64,000 bases of DNA from Cetorhinus maximus (lineage: Eukaryota), in the NCBI RefSeq assembly GCF_964194155.1, contig NC_135897.1, forward strand, positions 21,204,001 to 21,268,000. Direction: 5' to 3'. The position numbers and the translations under genes are program-made. The notes below the pieces were generated by a model. The model made no database searches and was not told where the DNA came from. It saw only the letters and a list, made by a program, of their open reading frames with translations. Shown here piece after piece: positions 1 to 10,530 of this stretch. Each line of letters starts with the position of its first letter. Position 1 is the first letter of the stretch.

Positions 1-3000
1 AACCATGCTGACTCTGATGGATTGCATTTTGACTTTCCAAATGCCCCATTACTACTTCCTTAATAATGGACTCCAACAATTTCCCAACAACAGATGTTAA
101 ACTAACTGGTCTATAGTTTCCTACTCTCTACCTCCCCCCCACTTTTTTTTGAATAAGGGCGTTATATTAGCATTTTTCCAATCCACTGGAACCTTTCCGG
201 AATACAGGGAATTTTGGGATATTATAGCCAATGCATCCACTATCTCCGCTGCCACTTCCTTTAAGACCCTGGGATGTAGGCCATCAGGTCCTGAGGACTT
301 GTCATCCTTTAATCCCAATAGTTTGCTCAGTACTTTTTCTCTAGTGATGGTGATTGTTCTAAGTTTCCCCCTTCTCTATATCCACTGCACTACCTGTTAC
401 TATTAGGGTGGTACTAGTGTCCTCCACCGTGAAAACTAAGGCAAAATATAGATTAAGCATCTCTGCCATTTCTGTGCTCACCACTATTAACTTGCCAGTC
501 TCATCCTCCAAGGGACCAACAATCACTTTAGCTACCCTCTTTCCTTTTATATACTTATAGAAGCTTTTGCTATCAGTTTTTACATTTTGCGCCAATTTTC
601 GTTCATAATTTACCTTTGCTCTTTTTATTTTTTTTTAGTAACCCTTTGTTGATCTTTTAAAAGTTTCCCAATCTTCCAGCCTGCCACTGACCTTTGTAAT
701 TTTGTATGCTTTAGTTTTTGCCTTTGTTATCTTTAACTTCCTTGCTTAGCCATGGATGCATTTTCCCCTTCTTACCATTTTTCTTCCTCTTTGAAATATA
801 TTTTACTTGGGAGGAACTGAATATCTCCTTAAATATCTGCCACTGTTCATCAATAGTCCTACCTTGTAGTCTTCCTGTCCAGTCCACTGGGACCAAATCT
901 GCCCTCATGCCTATGCAGTTACCTTTGTTTAACTCCAGAACACTAGTGTGGGACTCAAGTTTCTCACTCTCAAACTGAACTTGAAATTCTAGCATGCTAT
1001 GATCACTCTCCCCTAGGGGATCCTTTACTATGAGATCATGAATTAATCCCATCTCATTACACAAAACCAAATCCAGAATAGCCTGCTCCCTGGTTGGTTT
1101 CACAACATTGCTCCAAGAAACAATTTCTAATACACTATGAACTCTCCCTTGAGGCTACCCTTGCCAATTTGATTAGTCCAGTCTATATGCATATTAAAAT
1201 CACTCAGGATTATTGCCGTGCCTTTCTTACATGCTGCCAGTATTTCCTGGTTTATACTGTGCCCTACTGCTGAACTACTGTTTGGGGACCTATAGTTACT
1301 CCCAACAGGGACTTCTTTCCCTTGCTATTTCTTATTTCTACCCAGACTGACTCTACGTCTTGCTCTCCAGTGCCTATATCATTCCTCACGATAGCACTGA
1401 TCTTTTCCTCTACTAACAAAGCTACACCACCTCCTTTTCCTTCCTGCCTATCCTTCCGAAACATTGAGTACCCTTGGATATTCAACTCCCAAACCTGTTC
1501 TCCCTGTAACCACGTCTCAGTAATTGTCACCAAATCAGACCTATTTAGCTCTATTTGCGCTGTTAACTCATTAGTTTTATTCCAAATGCTATGCGCATTC
1601 AGGTACAAAGCCTTTAAGTTTGCCCTACTGTCAATTTTCCCTACTTTCTTATATGATTCTTTGGTGCAATATGGCGTTCTCACACACTGTCCCTTCCTTT
1701 CACTTTTTGGTAACAATCAGCCTCGTCACTAACCTGCACTCTTACCTTCTCCTTAAACTTTGATTTTTTTATATTTCCATGCAACTGAACCCTACCCTCC
1801 ACTATTTAGTTTAAAGCCCTAACTATGACCCTAGATATGCAATTCGCCAGGACACTGGTCCCTGCATGGTTCAAGTGGAGCCCGTCCGAATGGAGTAGCT
1901 CCCTCTTTCCCCAGTACTGGTGTCAATGTTCCATGAATTCGAACCCATTTCTCCCACACCAATCTTTCAGCCACGTATTTACCTCTTTAATCTTATTGAC
2001 CCTGTGCCAATTAGCTCGTGGCTCAGGTAGTAATCCGGAGATTATTACCTTTTTGGTTCTGCTTTTTAATTTAGCCCCTAGCTGCTCGTATTCCCTCAGC
2101 AGAACCTCTTTTCCTCGTTCTACCTATATCGTTGGTACCTACGTAGACCACGACAACTGGATCTTTCCCTTCCCACTCCAAGTTCCTCTGCAGCCCAGGT
2201 GAGATATCCTTAACCCTGCCACCAGGTAGGCAACACAAGCCTTCGGGACTCTTGATCCTGGCTACAGAGAACAGTATCTATTCCCATAATTACAACTACA
2301 TTTCTCTTTTCTCCCCCCACTTGAATGGCTCCCTGTACCACGGTGCTATGGTCAGTTTACTCTTCCTTCCTACAGTCCCTGGTCTCGGCCACACAGGGAG
2401 CAAGAATCTCAAACCTGTTGGATAAGGGCAAGGGCTGAGGCTCCTGCAGTGCTACTTCCTGGATTCCTCTACCTGCCTCACTCATAGTCACGCCCTCCTG
2501 TCCCTGACCACTGGCCAAATTTAAGGTAGTTAATCTAAGGGGTATGACTGTCTCCTGAAATAAAGCGTCCAGGTAACTCTCCCCATCCCTGATGTGTCGC
2601 AGTGTCTGAAGCTCAGACTCCAGCTCATCAACTCTGAGCCGGAGTTCCTTGAGCAACCAACATTTGCTACAGATGTGGTCACTAGGAACCACAATGGGGT
2701 CCACCAGCTCCCACATCATGCAGCTACAACACATCGCCTGGCCCTACATCTCTATTTTATTTAATTAGTTTTTCAATTCATTTTTAAATTTCCTATTGGT
2801 CTTTAGTTTGTCAATCTGTAAAATATTTCTCCTATTTACCTTTAATCTGAAAGTAGTTCGAATAGAGGTTCAAAATACTTTTTAAAATCAACTGGAACTC
2901 ATTCTATCTGCTGAGTTGAAGCCGAAGTGTTAGGCCTCCGATCCTGGACCTCGGTAGTCACTTTTAATCTGAAGTAAACTCAGAATAGGTCGTTCAAACT

Positions 3001-3060
3001 AGCAGTTACTTACCAACCAATGAACTTACGGTTTTCCTGTGATGTCACTCTTTGTTTTTT
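1..3060 (-). mobile_element. CR1/HER1-type LINE, 5' two-thirds (5'UTR, ORF1 zinc-finger + esterase, ORF2 APE endonuclease and start of RT), decayed; cut by window edge
   Basis: Minus-strand ORF pieces: CCSC..HICSKC zinc finger (2357-2734), LYLNAHSI/ITETWL APE motifs (1264-1716), PTREQAILDLVL (711-1103), KSSGPDGLHPRVLKE..WKNANITPLFKK (121-318). Frameshifts and stops lie between the pieces. Confidence 0.92.
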
Positions 3061-3067
3061 TTCACTT

Positions 3068-3275
3068 GGCGACAGTGACTGCAGAGGACACTCTTCCCAG
3101 ACTGCTTCACGGTGATGGTGACTGCAGAGGACACTCTTCCCAGACTGCTTCACGGTGATGGTGACTGCAGAGGACACTCGTCCCAGACTGCTTCATGGCG
3201 ATGGTAACTGCAGAGGACACTCATCCCAGGCTGCTTCACGGCAACAGTGACTGCAGAGGACACTCTTCCCAGACT
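3068..3275. repeat. 43-bp tandem repeat, ~5 copies, abutting the 5' end of the CR1 element
   Basis: Unit GTGACTGCAGAGGACACTCTTCCCAGACTGCTTCACGGTGATG starts at 3075, 3118, 3161, 3204, 3247. Confidence 0.95.
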
Positions 3276-3276
3276 C

Positions 3277-5110
3277 TGTGACATTCTGTACAATGGGGGT
3301 ACTGAAGATACTGTATCCATAGATTGTTATGTAGAAAATCATTCATTGTGGGCTAATGCACACTCTATGAAAAATGTGAGTGAGAAAAGGTTAGCTTGAC
3401 CTTGCTGGCTTGAATCAAATAGCTGGCGAGACAGCAAATCTTTAAAAGTAAATGGGTAGATTGGAGCCATCAACATTGGATTGTTTTACTAAAAGATGTG
3501 CATGTACATGGAATGTGTTAGGGGTCCTCAAGGAGGGAGTCATCCGTCAATGTATTGCTTTGTACAAAGTATGGAAGTCCTTCATTTTTAAAAAAATGTA
3601 TATAAAGAGTCTAATTTTTACTTTGTTAAAGAGAAAAAGCTGGTGTTCATTGTATGGTATTAATTGGGGTCTCATCTGTAATTATATAGATAGGACTATG
3701 CTGAAAGAGTTGTTGTTTGGAGGTGCACAATGCATAATGTGTGTCTCTAAATAAAAGCTTGTAAATTTACAGAGTCATTCACCGCTTGGGTATCTGAAGT
3801 TTAACAAGCTTGGCTCACTAATAGGACCTTGAGGGGTAAACATTTCCATGAAGCAGTGGGACTATTTCCACTCAGCACGTGAAAATCCGACAAGACATTG
3901 CCATAGAGGGTAAAGTGGTCATAGCTGGACAAGCAATAAGAAGCTTACCACTTCCTGCAGACTGTGCAGTTTTAGCTGCTAACCTCCTAAACTGTAGCTC
4001 TTGAGACCTGTGCCTAATACCTCAGGACTAAGTAGATGTGTCCCTATGAGGATAACATTTGTACTCTACATCAGGCAAATGGAAATGCTACGTGTGTAGA
4101 TTGGTTCAGACTCTTTAACATGAAGATGCGTTTCCATGTGTGTCAAATCCCTGACTGATTTTTAAAAAATGCATTTACATAAATCATTAAAATACCAGGA
4201 AATAATAAAAGGAAAATGGAATGCTGGCCTTTATCTAAAGAACTGGAATACAAGGGGGTAGAAATCATGCTGCAGCTATACAAAGTCATCGGAGCTCTCA
4301 GGCAGTGGCTAAGATAAGCCCAGATTGAAACCAGAGAGGGGTCATGGAGACCCATACCTTGGGTGTAAAATATACTAGATTTGAACTAACAGTCAGAAAG
4401 TTTGTCACAGGGATAGAAGGGCAACAGCCTTACACCCTCTCTCTTTCTCTGAAACTTCTATCATCAAAGTTCTGTTTATGCTTTGAAAACCCACCAGAAG
4501 ACCTCATTGTTGCAAACTGAGAGTTCCTAAACGAGGATCAGAATCAACACCACTGTCTCCAAGAGAAAAGAGAATCAACCAGCCACGACTGCAGAATGAC
4601 TATCGCAGCGAGAAACCCAAGTACCGGCAGCTACTGTGGAAAGTGACCCTTCAGCTATAAACAAGCATCTGGACAATCCGAGGGTAAATTATTTCCTGGC
4701 TCTACTTTTTATTTGGCCACGTTTTAAGATCTGACACGCTTTTTATGCATGCCTGTGGGGTGGCTGGGGGCAGCGGGGGTGGGGGTGGGGGGGTGTTGGT
4801 GTTGGTGGAGGGGATTGGATCTGTGCATTGTTTTTTTTTTACTGGGCAGTTGGACCTATTTATGCATTTTAAGCCTTTTGTTAATAATTTCTACATTTTA
4901 CCTGAGTGAGTTTTAGCAATAAAATTAATTTTTTACCTATTTAACCTACAGAACCTGGCTGGCTTACTACTTACATGAAGCTACACACAGTTAAGTATAT
5001 ATATTAAATTGGCAATACTGCCTCCTTTTTAAATTCAAACTCTGTTATAACCAACACAGGAGTGGGACTACGAGAGGAATCAGTTTGCCCCTCCTAGCCT
5101 GGTTGTAACA
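3277..5110 (+). mobile_element. Probable solo LTR (Gypsy/ERV-like) containing a small CR1 fragment (~4170-4290)
   Basis: Termini TGTGAC...GTAACA form a short imperfect inverted repeat; AATAAA at 4918. No clear TSD seen. Confidence 0.35.
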
Positions 5111-5325
5111 GAGCATTACTGACAGTTTGCGGAATATGGGATGATGAGGGGAAGAGTTTACGTGGTGTCAAAGCCAGCTGTAAATATTTATTTGCCCACC
5201 GATGTTATGAGATCAGAACTCACGGGTGCACACTTATTGAGGGAAAGCATCCTTATTCTTTTTATCATTTATTCTTTCCTTCTTATTCATTCTCCTCCAA
5301 TTTTGACAAAGAACAGTTTACTCAC

Positions 5326-5350
5326 CAATATACTTGTTCCAAAATTTTAA
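5326..5350 (-). CDS. PROC: Protein C aromatic-stack micro-exon (LKFWNKYI + phase-1 G)
   Basis: tttttttgacag|TTAAAATTTTGGAACAAGTATATTG|gtgagt. Exactly 25 nt, phase 0 to 1, with the FWxxY motif typical of this exon in F7/F9/F10/PROC genes. Confidence 0.92.
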
Positions 5351-7016
5351 CTGTCAAAAAAAGTACACAGCTGATTAGATGCATCAATAGTAAGTCTGGG
5401 TATCTCAGATTTCAGATACAATGAAATGGAATAGCTTCTGTACTGCACTCCTTACAAAAGGAACAGGGGAAGAGTTAGATTCAGGTAAAAAAGCTCATCA
5501 GGTGCAAGAAGCCTGTCCTTTTTATGGTGGATTATCCCCACCATTTCACCATATCCCTCAATCCCACCTATTCACTTTCTCCATATCCATCAAAACCAGC
5601 TTTCTGCCATATCCCTCCATTTTACCTATTCACCTTCTTCACCATATCCCTTGATTTATGTCCCCTCACACTCTGTAGTGAATGCTTTTTTAGCTCCTCT
5701 CAATTTTGAATGTGCCAATTAAATCACCATGAAGTATCTTTACCCATATTCTACAACCTCCACATTCATCATTATCTAATCTGTGCTTTGAGTTAAACAA
5801 TTGTCAAGGAAGCATGCAGACAGTTATAATTCAGTTATAATTCTCTATTTGCACGTTTATAACAAAATATAGGTTCCACTGGCAGATCTATGACTCCAGT
5901 GATGAAAAACTTAACTGTACCATGAATAAGACTGCATGTCAAAGGATACTTTGACCAGCCTGTTCAATATATATCCATCCCTATCCTTTCCAAAAGACTT
6001 AAAACATCATACTAAGAAACCCTCGCTGCCAGACCATAATGGTCAGGCTAAAACTAGTATTTAAAATAATTTATACACTTAAAATTACACAGAAATAAAA
6101 GGATACCACAAAACATACCTAGACTCATTCGTTACTATAAAATCCTTTCTGGAAATAATAGAAAGTTCAAACTCAGTGTTCTTTTCACAAACGTTTAACT
6201 GGCTCTTTGGTGATTGTTATGCTGTTATGTTTCTACCTATGGAGTCTCATACTATCCTGGCATGAAAAACAACTGGTTGAGGCCAAAGGACTGCAGGTTA
6301 TAGAAAGTAATTTGGATTTATATTTATTCATGCAACCTTATCCCACTTCAGACCAAAGTCCTTTCATCCTCAGCATGTTATTTTAAGAAAGTTGTGGACC
6401 CTATCTGAACAGGTTGGTAATTAGAATATTAACTGTTACTGTTATTCAAATGGATGGCATGTGAACAGCAGCCGCTTCACTATTGGAGGAACTATTAGTG
6501 GGCCAGGCCTGAAACAAAACCTATTAGGATTTTCTTTTTGTATGAAACTTCATTAATGATTGCAGTAATGAAAGATAATGAGTCCTGTCTATAACCCGAG
6601 AGAAATTCACATACATCATCAGCTCATTAACCCCAAGTATTAGCCAAATAAATTTCACCTGGCTAGAATCTTGTCATAAGCAGCCAATTTACAGAAACTA
6701 CATACAGATCTGTCATATGCACGACTTGAAATGTAAAAAAATATATAGATGCATAATAGATAAAAGAACAGGCTTGAAGTATACTCTGAACAGACTGACC
6801 AGACTGAAATTAAAGTAAAATACTGCGGATGCTAGAAATCTGAAATCAAATTTCCAGCACTTTGTTTTTATTACCAGGCTGTATGTTTGGCAAGAGAGTA
6901 TTAGCAGATGATGAGAGAACTTCAGTCAAAATTTACTAAATGAAATATTTCCTGTACTTATTAAAGCTGCACTATTTCCATTTCCCTGCCCTTGCTTTTC
7001 ATTGCAAGGCACCATT

Positions 7017-7125
7017 TCCTTCTGAAGAAGGGTCATACGGACTCGAAACGTTAACTTTGTTTCTTTCTCTCTCCACAGATGCTGTCAGACCTGCTGAATT
7101 TTTCCAGCATTTTCTGTTTTTGTTA
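7017..7125 (+). mobile_element. Penelope-like element terminal fragment with minimal hammerhead-ribozyme core
   Basis: CTGAAGA-GGGTC-atacg-GACTC-GAAAC-GTT followed by CACAGATGCTGTCAGACCTGCTGA..TTTCCAGCATTTTCTG. A short inverted relative lies at ~6805-6870. Confidence 0.65.
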
Positions 7126-8126
7126 CCGTTTCCTTGTGTCCTTTCCAGCACCTGCAGGTAACTGGGGTTTGCAGCTTTGCACAGTGCAGTGATCTCAAAT
7201 CAACACCCGAGTCACTTCACAGACGTCCAGTTCTTTAGTTGGACAAAACCTGCATTCTCACCGGCAATCACATTGTTGCGGTTTGGAAGCAAAATGAGGT
7301 CTTGATGATAAATAGCAGTAGCTCCCCAGACCAATTTTTCCAGTGGGAGAGTGGAGTGAGGTCCAGTCTATTGTGTTTAATCCACGGTATGAACCAGGTG
7401 CCCTCATATGCACCCAGACTCCAAGGTACCTACTCACTGCACAAATACATAAGGTTTGGGTATTCTCAGCTCAGGTACTCTGTTGGAAAGCTAACCAATG
7501 TAATGGCATCTGACCCCCACAGTCTAGCCGTATTCAATTACTAACAGAGGTGACTGTGTAATGATCATCAGCAGGAACCAAGTAATTTCATCCTTTAGCC
7601 AGTGTACTTGAAGTCAACTGTGGCAAACCTATTGCTGCCTGATGAAGATCATGTAACTCAGTACAGAGCTGTTGGGGTAGGAATGGGGCAGAGCAAGGGA
7701 ACAACAGATTGAACCTCCGACAACCCTGCTACTCATCATTTTAAGCAGCTTTTTCCAATTGTTAATACACATTTGATGTTAGCCATAAACTACACTTCAC
7801 TTGCACAGGCATTAATATTAATGGAAGGTGCAGTTTGCTGTCCTGATCTTTTCCCCTCTCACTAAAAAGAAAACCATTTGTCAAACCCATTCTCAAGAAA
7901 CCACTGCCAACACTGCCAACTTTACCAATGCTTTGATATTACACCATTGTTTTGCTGCATATTAAATCAGAATCGAAGAGAAGGAGACATCTTTCCCTTG
8001 GCTCTCCATGTCCATCCAATTCCAAGATTAAAGCAATGGTGTAATATCAGGAAATTGTTAATAAAATTAACAGGGTTGGTGTATCATGAACCTGGATGCA
8101 GAGGTGATTGATTGTAGCATACTCAC

Positions 8127-8287
8127 AGTATCATCCATTGACTGGTAAATCTCTTTTGCCTCTTCAAATTCACACTTTTCTTCAATACATTCCCTTTCCA
8201 AATTTCCAGGTCTTAACTCTTCAAAGAGATAATTAGCCCGTTTTCGAATTCTTAAGACATTATGGGCATCTTTTTCTGGTAAAAATA
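8127..8287 (-). CDS. PROC: Protein C propeptide + Gla-domain exon
   Basis: tttcag|TA..ACT|gtgagt; 161 nt, phase 1 to 0. Encodes (V)[53 protein letters not shown], with carboxylase-site residues F-16, A-10, L-6. AHxVLRIRKR and FEEAKEI(F/Y)Q..DDT match human protein C as recalled. Confidence 0.9.
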
Positions 8288-8364
8288 CTGAAATACAAAA
8301 TGAGGAATCATCTTTAAAACTGCTGTCTGTTGGGCAGTGTATCATCCGCACCATGGAAAGTTGA

Positions 8365-8830
8365 ATCTGTATCAGACCAGAGCTTAGGGCCTAGACAACT
8401 GAATGCACGATTGCCTGGTAAAGTGATTAAAATTGGCAATGCGCAAGAGGCGAGAATCATAGGCGCGCAGAGATCTCCAGCCCCACAACCCTTGGAGGAG
8501 ATTACAGAGATGGGGAAGGTCCAGGCTGTTTTGAGATTTGAAAACAAGGATAAGAATTTTAAAACTGAGTTAAAATTATAGGTCAGCGAACATAGAGGTG
8601 ATGAGTTAATGGGGCTATATGTTAGTTAGTATACGGGTAGCAGAGTTTTTGATGAACTCAAGTTTATGTAGGGTGTAAGATGGGAGGCCTGCCAGGAGAA
8701 CATTGGAATAGTCAAGTTTAGAGATATCAAATGTATGGAGGAGGGCAGCAGATGAGCTAAGGCAGAGACACAATTGGGTGATGTTACAAGGGTGGAAGTA
8801 GGTGGTCTTGGTAATGAAGCAGACATGTGT
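8365..8830 (-). mobile_element. L2-type LINE 3' fragment
   Basis: Minus-strand remnants [11 protein letters not shown] and LDYSN..LAGLP typical of L2 ORF2 C-termini. Confidence 0.65.
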
Positions 8831-8887
8831 TGGAAGCTCATCTCAGGGTCAGTTATGGTACCAAGATTGTGAAAGGTATCAAGACCT

Positions 8888-9355
8888 TCTGTACCAGGTT
8901 CAGCATGTCATTTGTACAAGGACAACATGCCATCCATGCAAGGGAATGCTCCATTTGTGCCAGGACAATGTGCCATTTGTTCCAGGATAATATTCTCAAA
9001 ATAAGAGGTAGGAGATTTAGGACTGAGATGTAGAGGAATTTCTTCACTCAGAGGATGGGGAATCTTTGGAATTCTCTATTCCAGCGGGCTGTGGAGGCTC
9101 AGTCATTGAGTATATTCAAGACAGATATTGATAGATTTCTAGTTATTAAAGATATCAAGGGATATGGGGAGAGTGCGGGAAAATGACGTTGAGGTAAAAG
9201 ATCTACCGTTATCTAGTTGAATGGCGGAGCAGGTTCAAGGGGCTGAAGTTCCTATGTACTAATTGCATCAGGGCAGTATGTCATCCACACTAGGGAACGC
9301 TCCATTTGTACCAGGATAATTTGCCATCTATATCAAAGGTATGTGCCATGTCTAC
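8888..9355. repeat. Degenerate ~21-bp tandem repeat interrupted by a CR1 3' fragment (+, ~8995-9260)
   Basis: GTGCCATTTGTACCAGGACAAT-like units on both sides of a CR1 tail (GAATGGCGGAGCAGG). Confidence 0.6.
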
Positions 9356-9386
9356 AATACAGTAAGTATTCATATCTCATACTGAC

Positions 9387-9453
9387 CTGAGTAGCTGGAC
9401 ACATCTATAAAGCACGAGGCCAAGAGAAATATTAAACAACAGTGAGCCTTCAT
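9387..9453 (-). CDS. PROC: Protein C first coding exon (signal peptide MKAHCCLIFLLASCFIDVSSYS); exon spans 9387-9481 including 28 nt of 5'UTR
   Basis: Acceptor cctttcccattgcag at 9482, ATG at 9453, hydrophobic leader, donor G|gtcagt. The phase-1 G joins TA of the Gla exon to give Val. Confidence 0.85.
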
Positions 9454-10530
9454 TGTGTAATCTGGTTCTTCAAACCCTTGCCTGCAATGGGAAAGGAATA
9501 TGTAATATGCTATGGGATAGCAACTAATCAGGTAAAGCCTTGAAGATTTCTATCTTTTTTCTTCAATGTTTCAACAGATATATCCATCTCTTCTGAGCCT
9601 GTGCCTTTTTACAGTTCTCCATGTTAGTTTTTCTTTCTGAGTTTATAGAAAGTAAGAGCTCTGCATAAGCCTACCTCAGCATCTCGGTGAACCTATCTGA
9701 GGATCCTTCAATCTAAACTAATGGGTTTTGCCCTCCCTTCATAGTAGAGACAAATACCAACCATAAAAGGACGTCAAAAATCAAATTTATCAAACAAACT
9801 ATGTCAGCATTGACCAAAAATTGACCTGTTATGTCTAGACTTATGCACTTATTTTCCTATTACGAAATTCCTACAAGGTGCTTCACCAGTGGCTATAGTT
9901 TGAGAGTTTGAAGACTGCTGATATTCCATTGACACCATCAGACTGCCTTGGAGTATGACCTTGAGCAGCTCCAGGCCCAGAGATCCTGGCTGCAGATTGC
10001 AGCATCTAAGCATAGGCTACAGCAGTCTTACTAGCTGGTTAACTGTCACCAGCAGAGGCACTGGCAAGCATAGGCATGCTGAGAGAGGACAACTATTATC
10101 TTGTTCATGGAGTAAAGGCCACTGTCCTGGGGTGATGCCTCAGAACCAAGTGTTGGAAAGATGTTGGAAAGGCCCTTTCAACACTCACTCCTAAAGACAA
10201 GATGGCAGCCATCTGAGCTTCCATGGCAGCAGATTGTAACAATAAAGAATTAGTAAGCTCATGTTACGCAATCTAACATAAGTACTCAGGTACATGACAC
10301 TATACATTCCAATATGTATGTGAATCTTTATTGAGGTCATGATTCACTAAGAGAACTCAGGTATATCACTGTCCACCGTTCAGTATGATGGTGTTACTCA
10401 CAACTTCTATACCAATTCTACCCTTGAGCTTTACACTTCCTGTATACTACCACGAAATCACAATACATCAAAAGACACAAAGTGACATCAAGAATAACAA
10501 AATGGAGCCAAGAGATATTTATCTCAACTT

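Noticed and set aside
1-5325. Downstream PROC exons (EGF1, EGF2, protease)
   Set aside because: No DGDQC-type or protease exon found on the minus strand; the region is TE-filled, so they presumably lie beyond the left edge.
8067-8354. Gla exon as F7, F9, F10, PROS1 or PRRG
   Set aside because: AHxVLRIRKR and EEAKEI.Q..DDT fit protein C best. A signal-peptide exon with an upstream non-coding exon also fits PROC.
9675-9830. Alternative nearby exon 1 (GAG|gtaggc donor; TGTTTG and TGACC motifs)
   Set aside because: Only short generic motifs; the module at 26733-26761 is a much more specific match. Not fully excluded.
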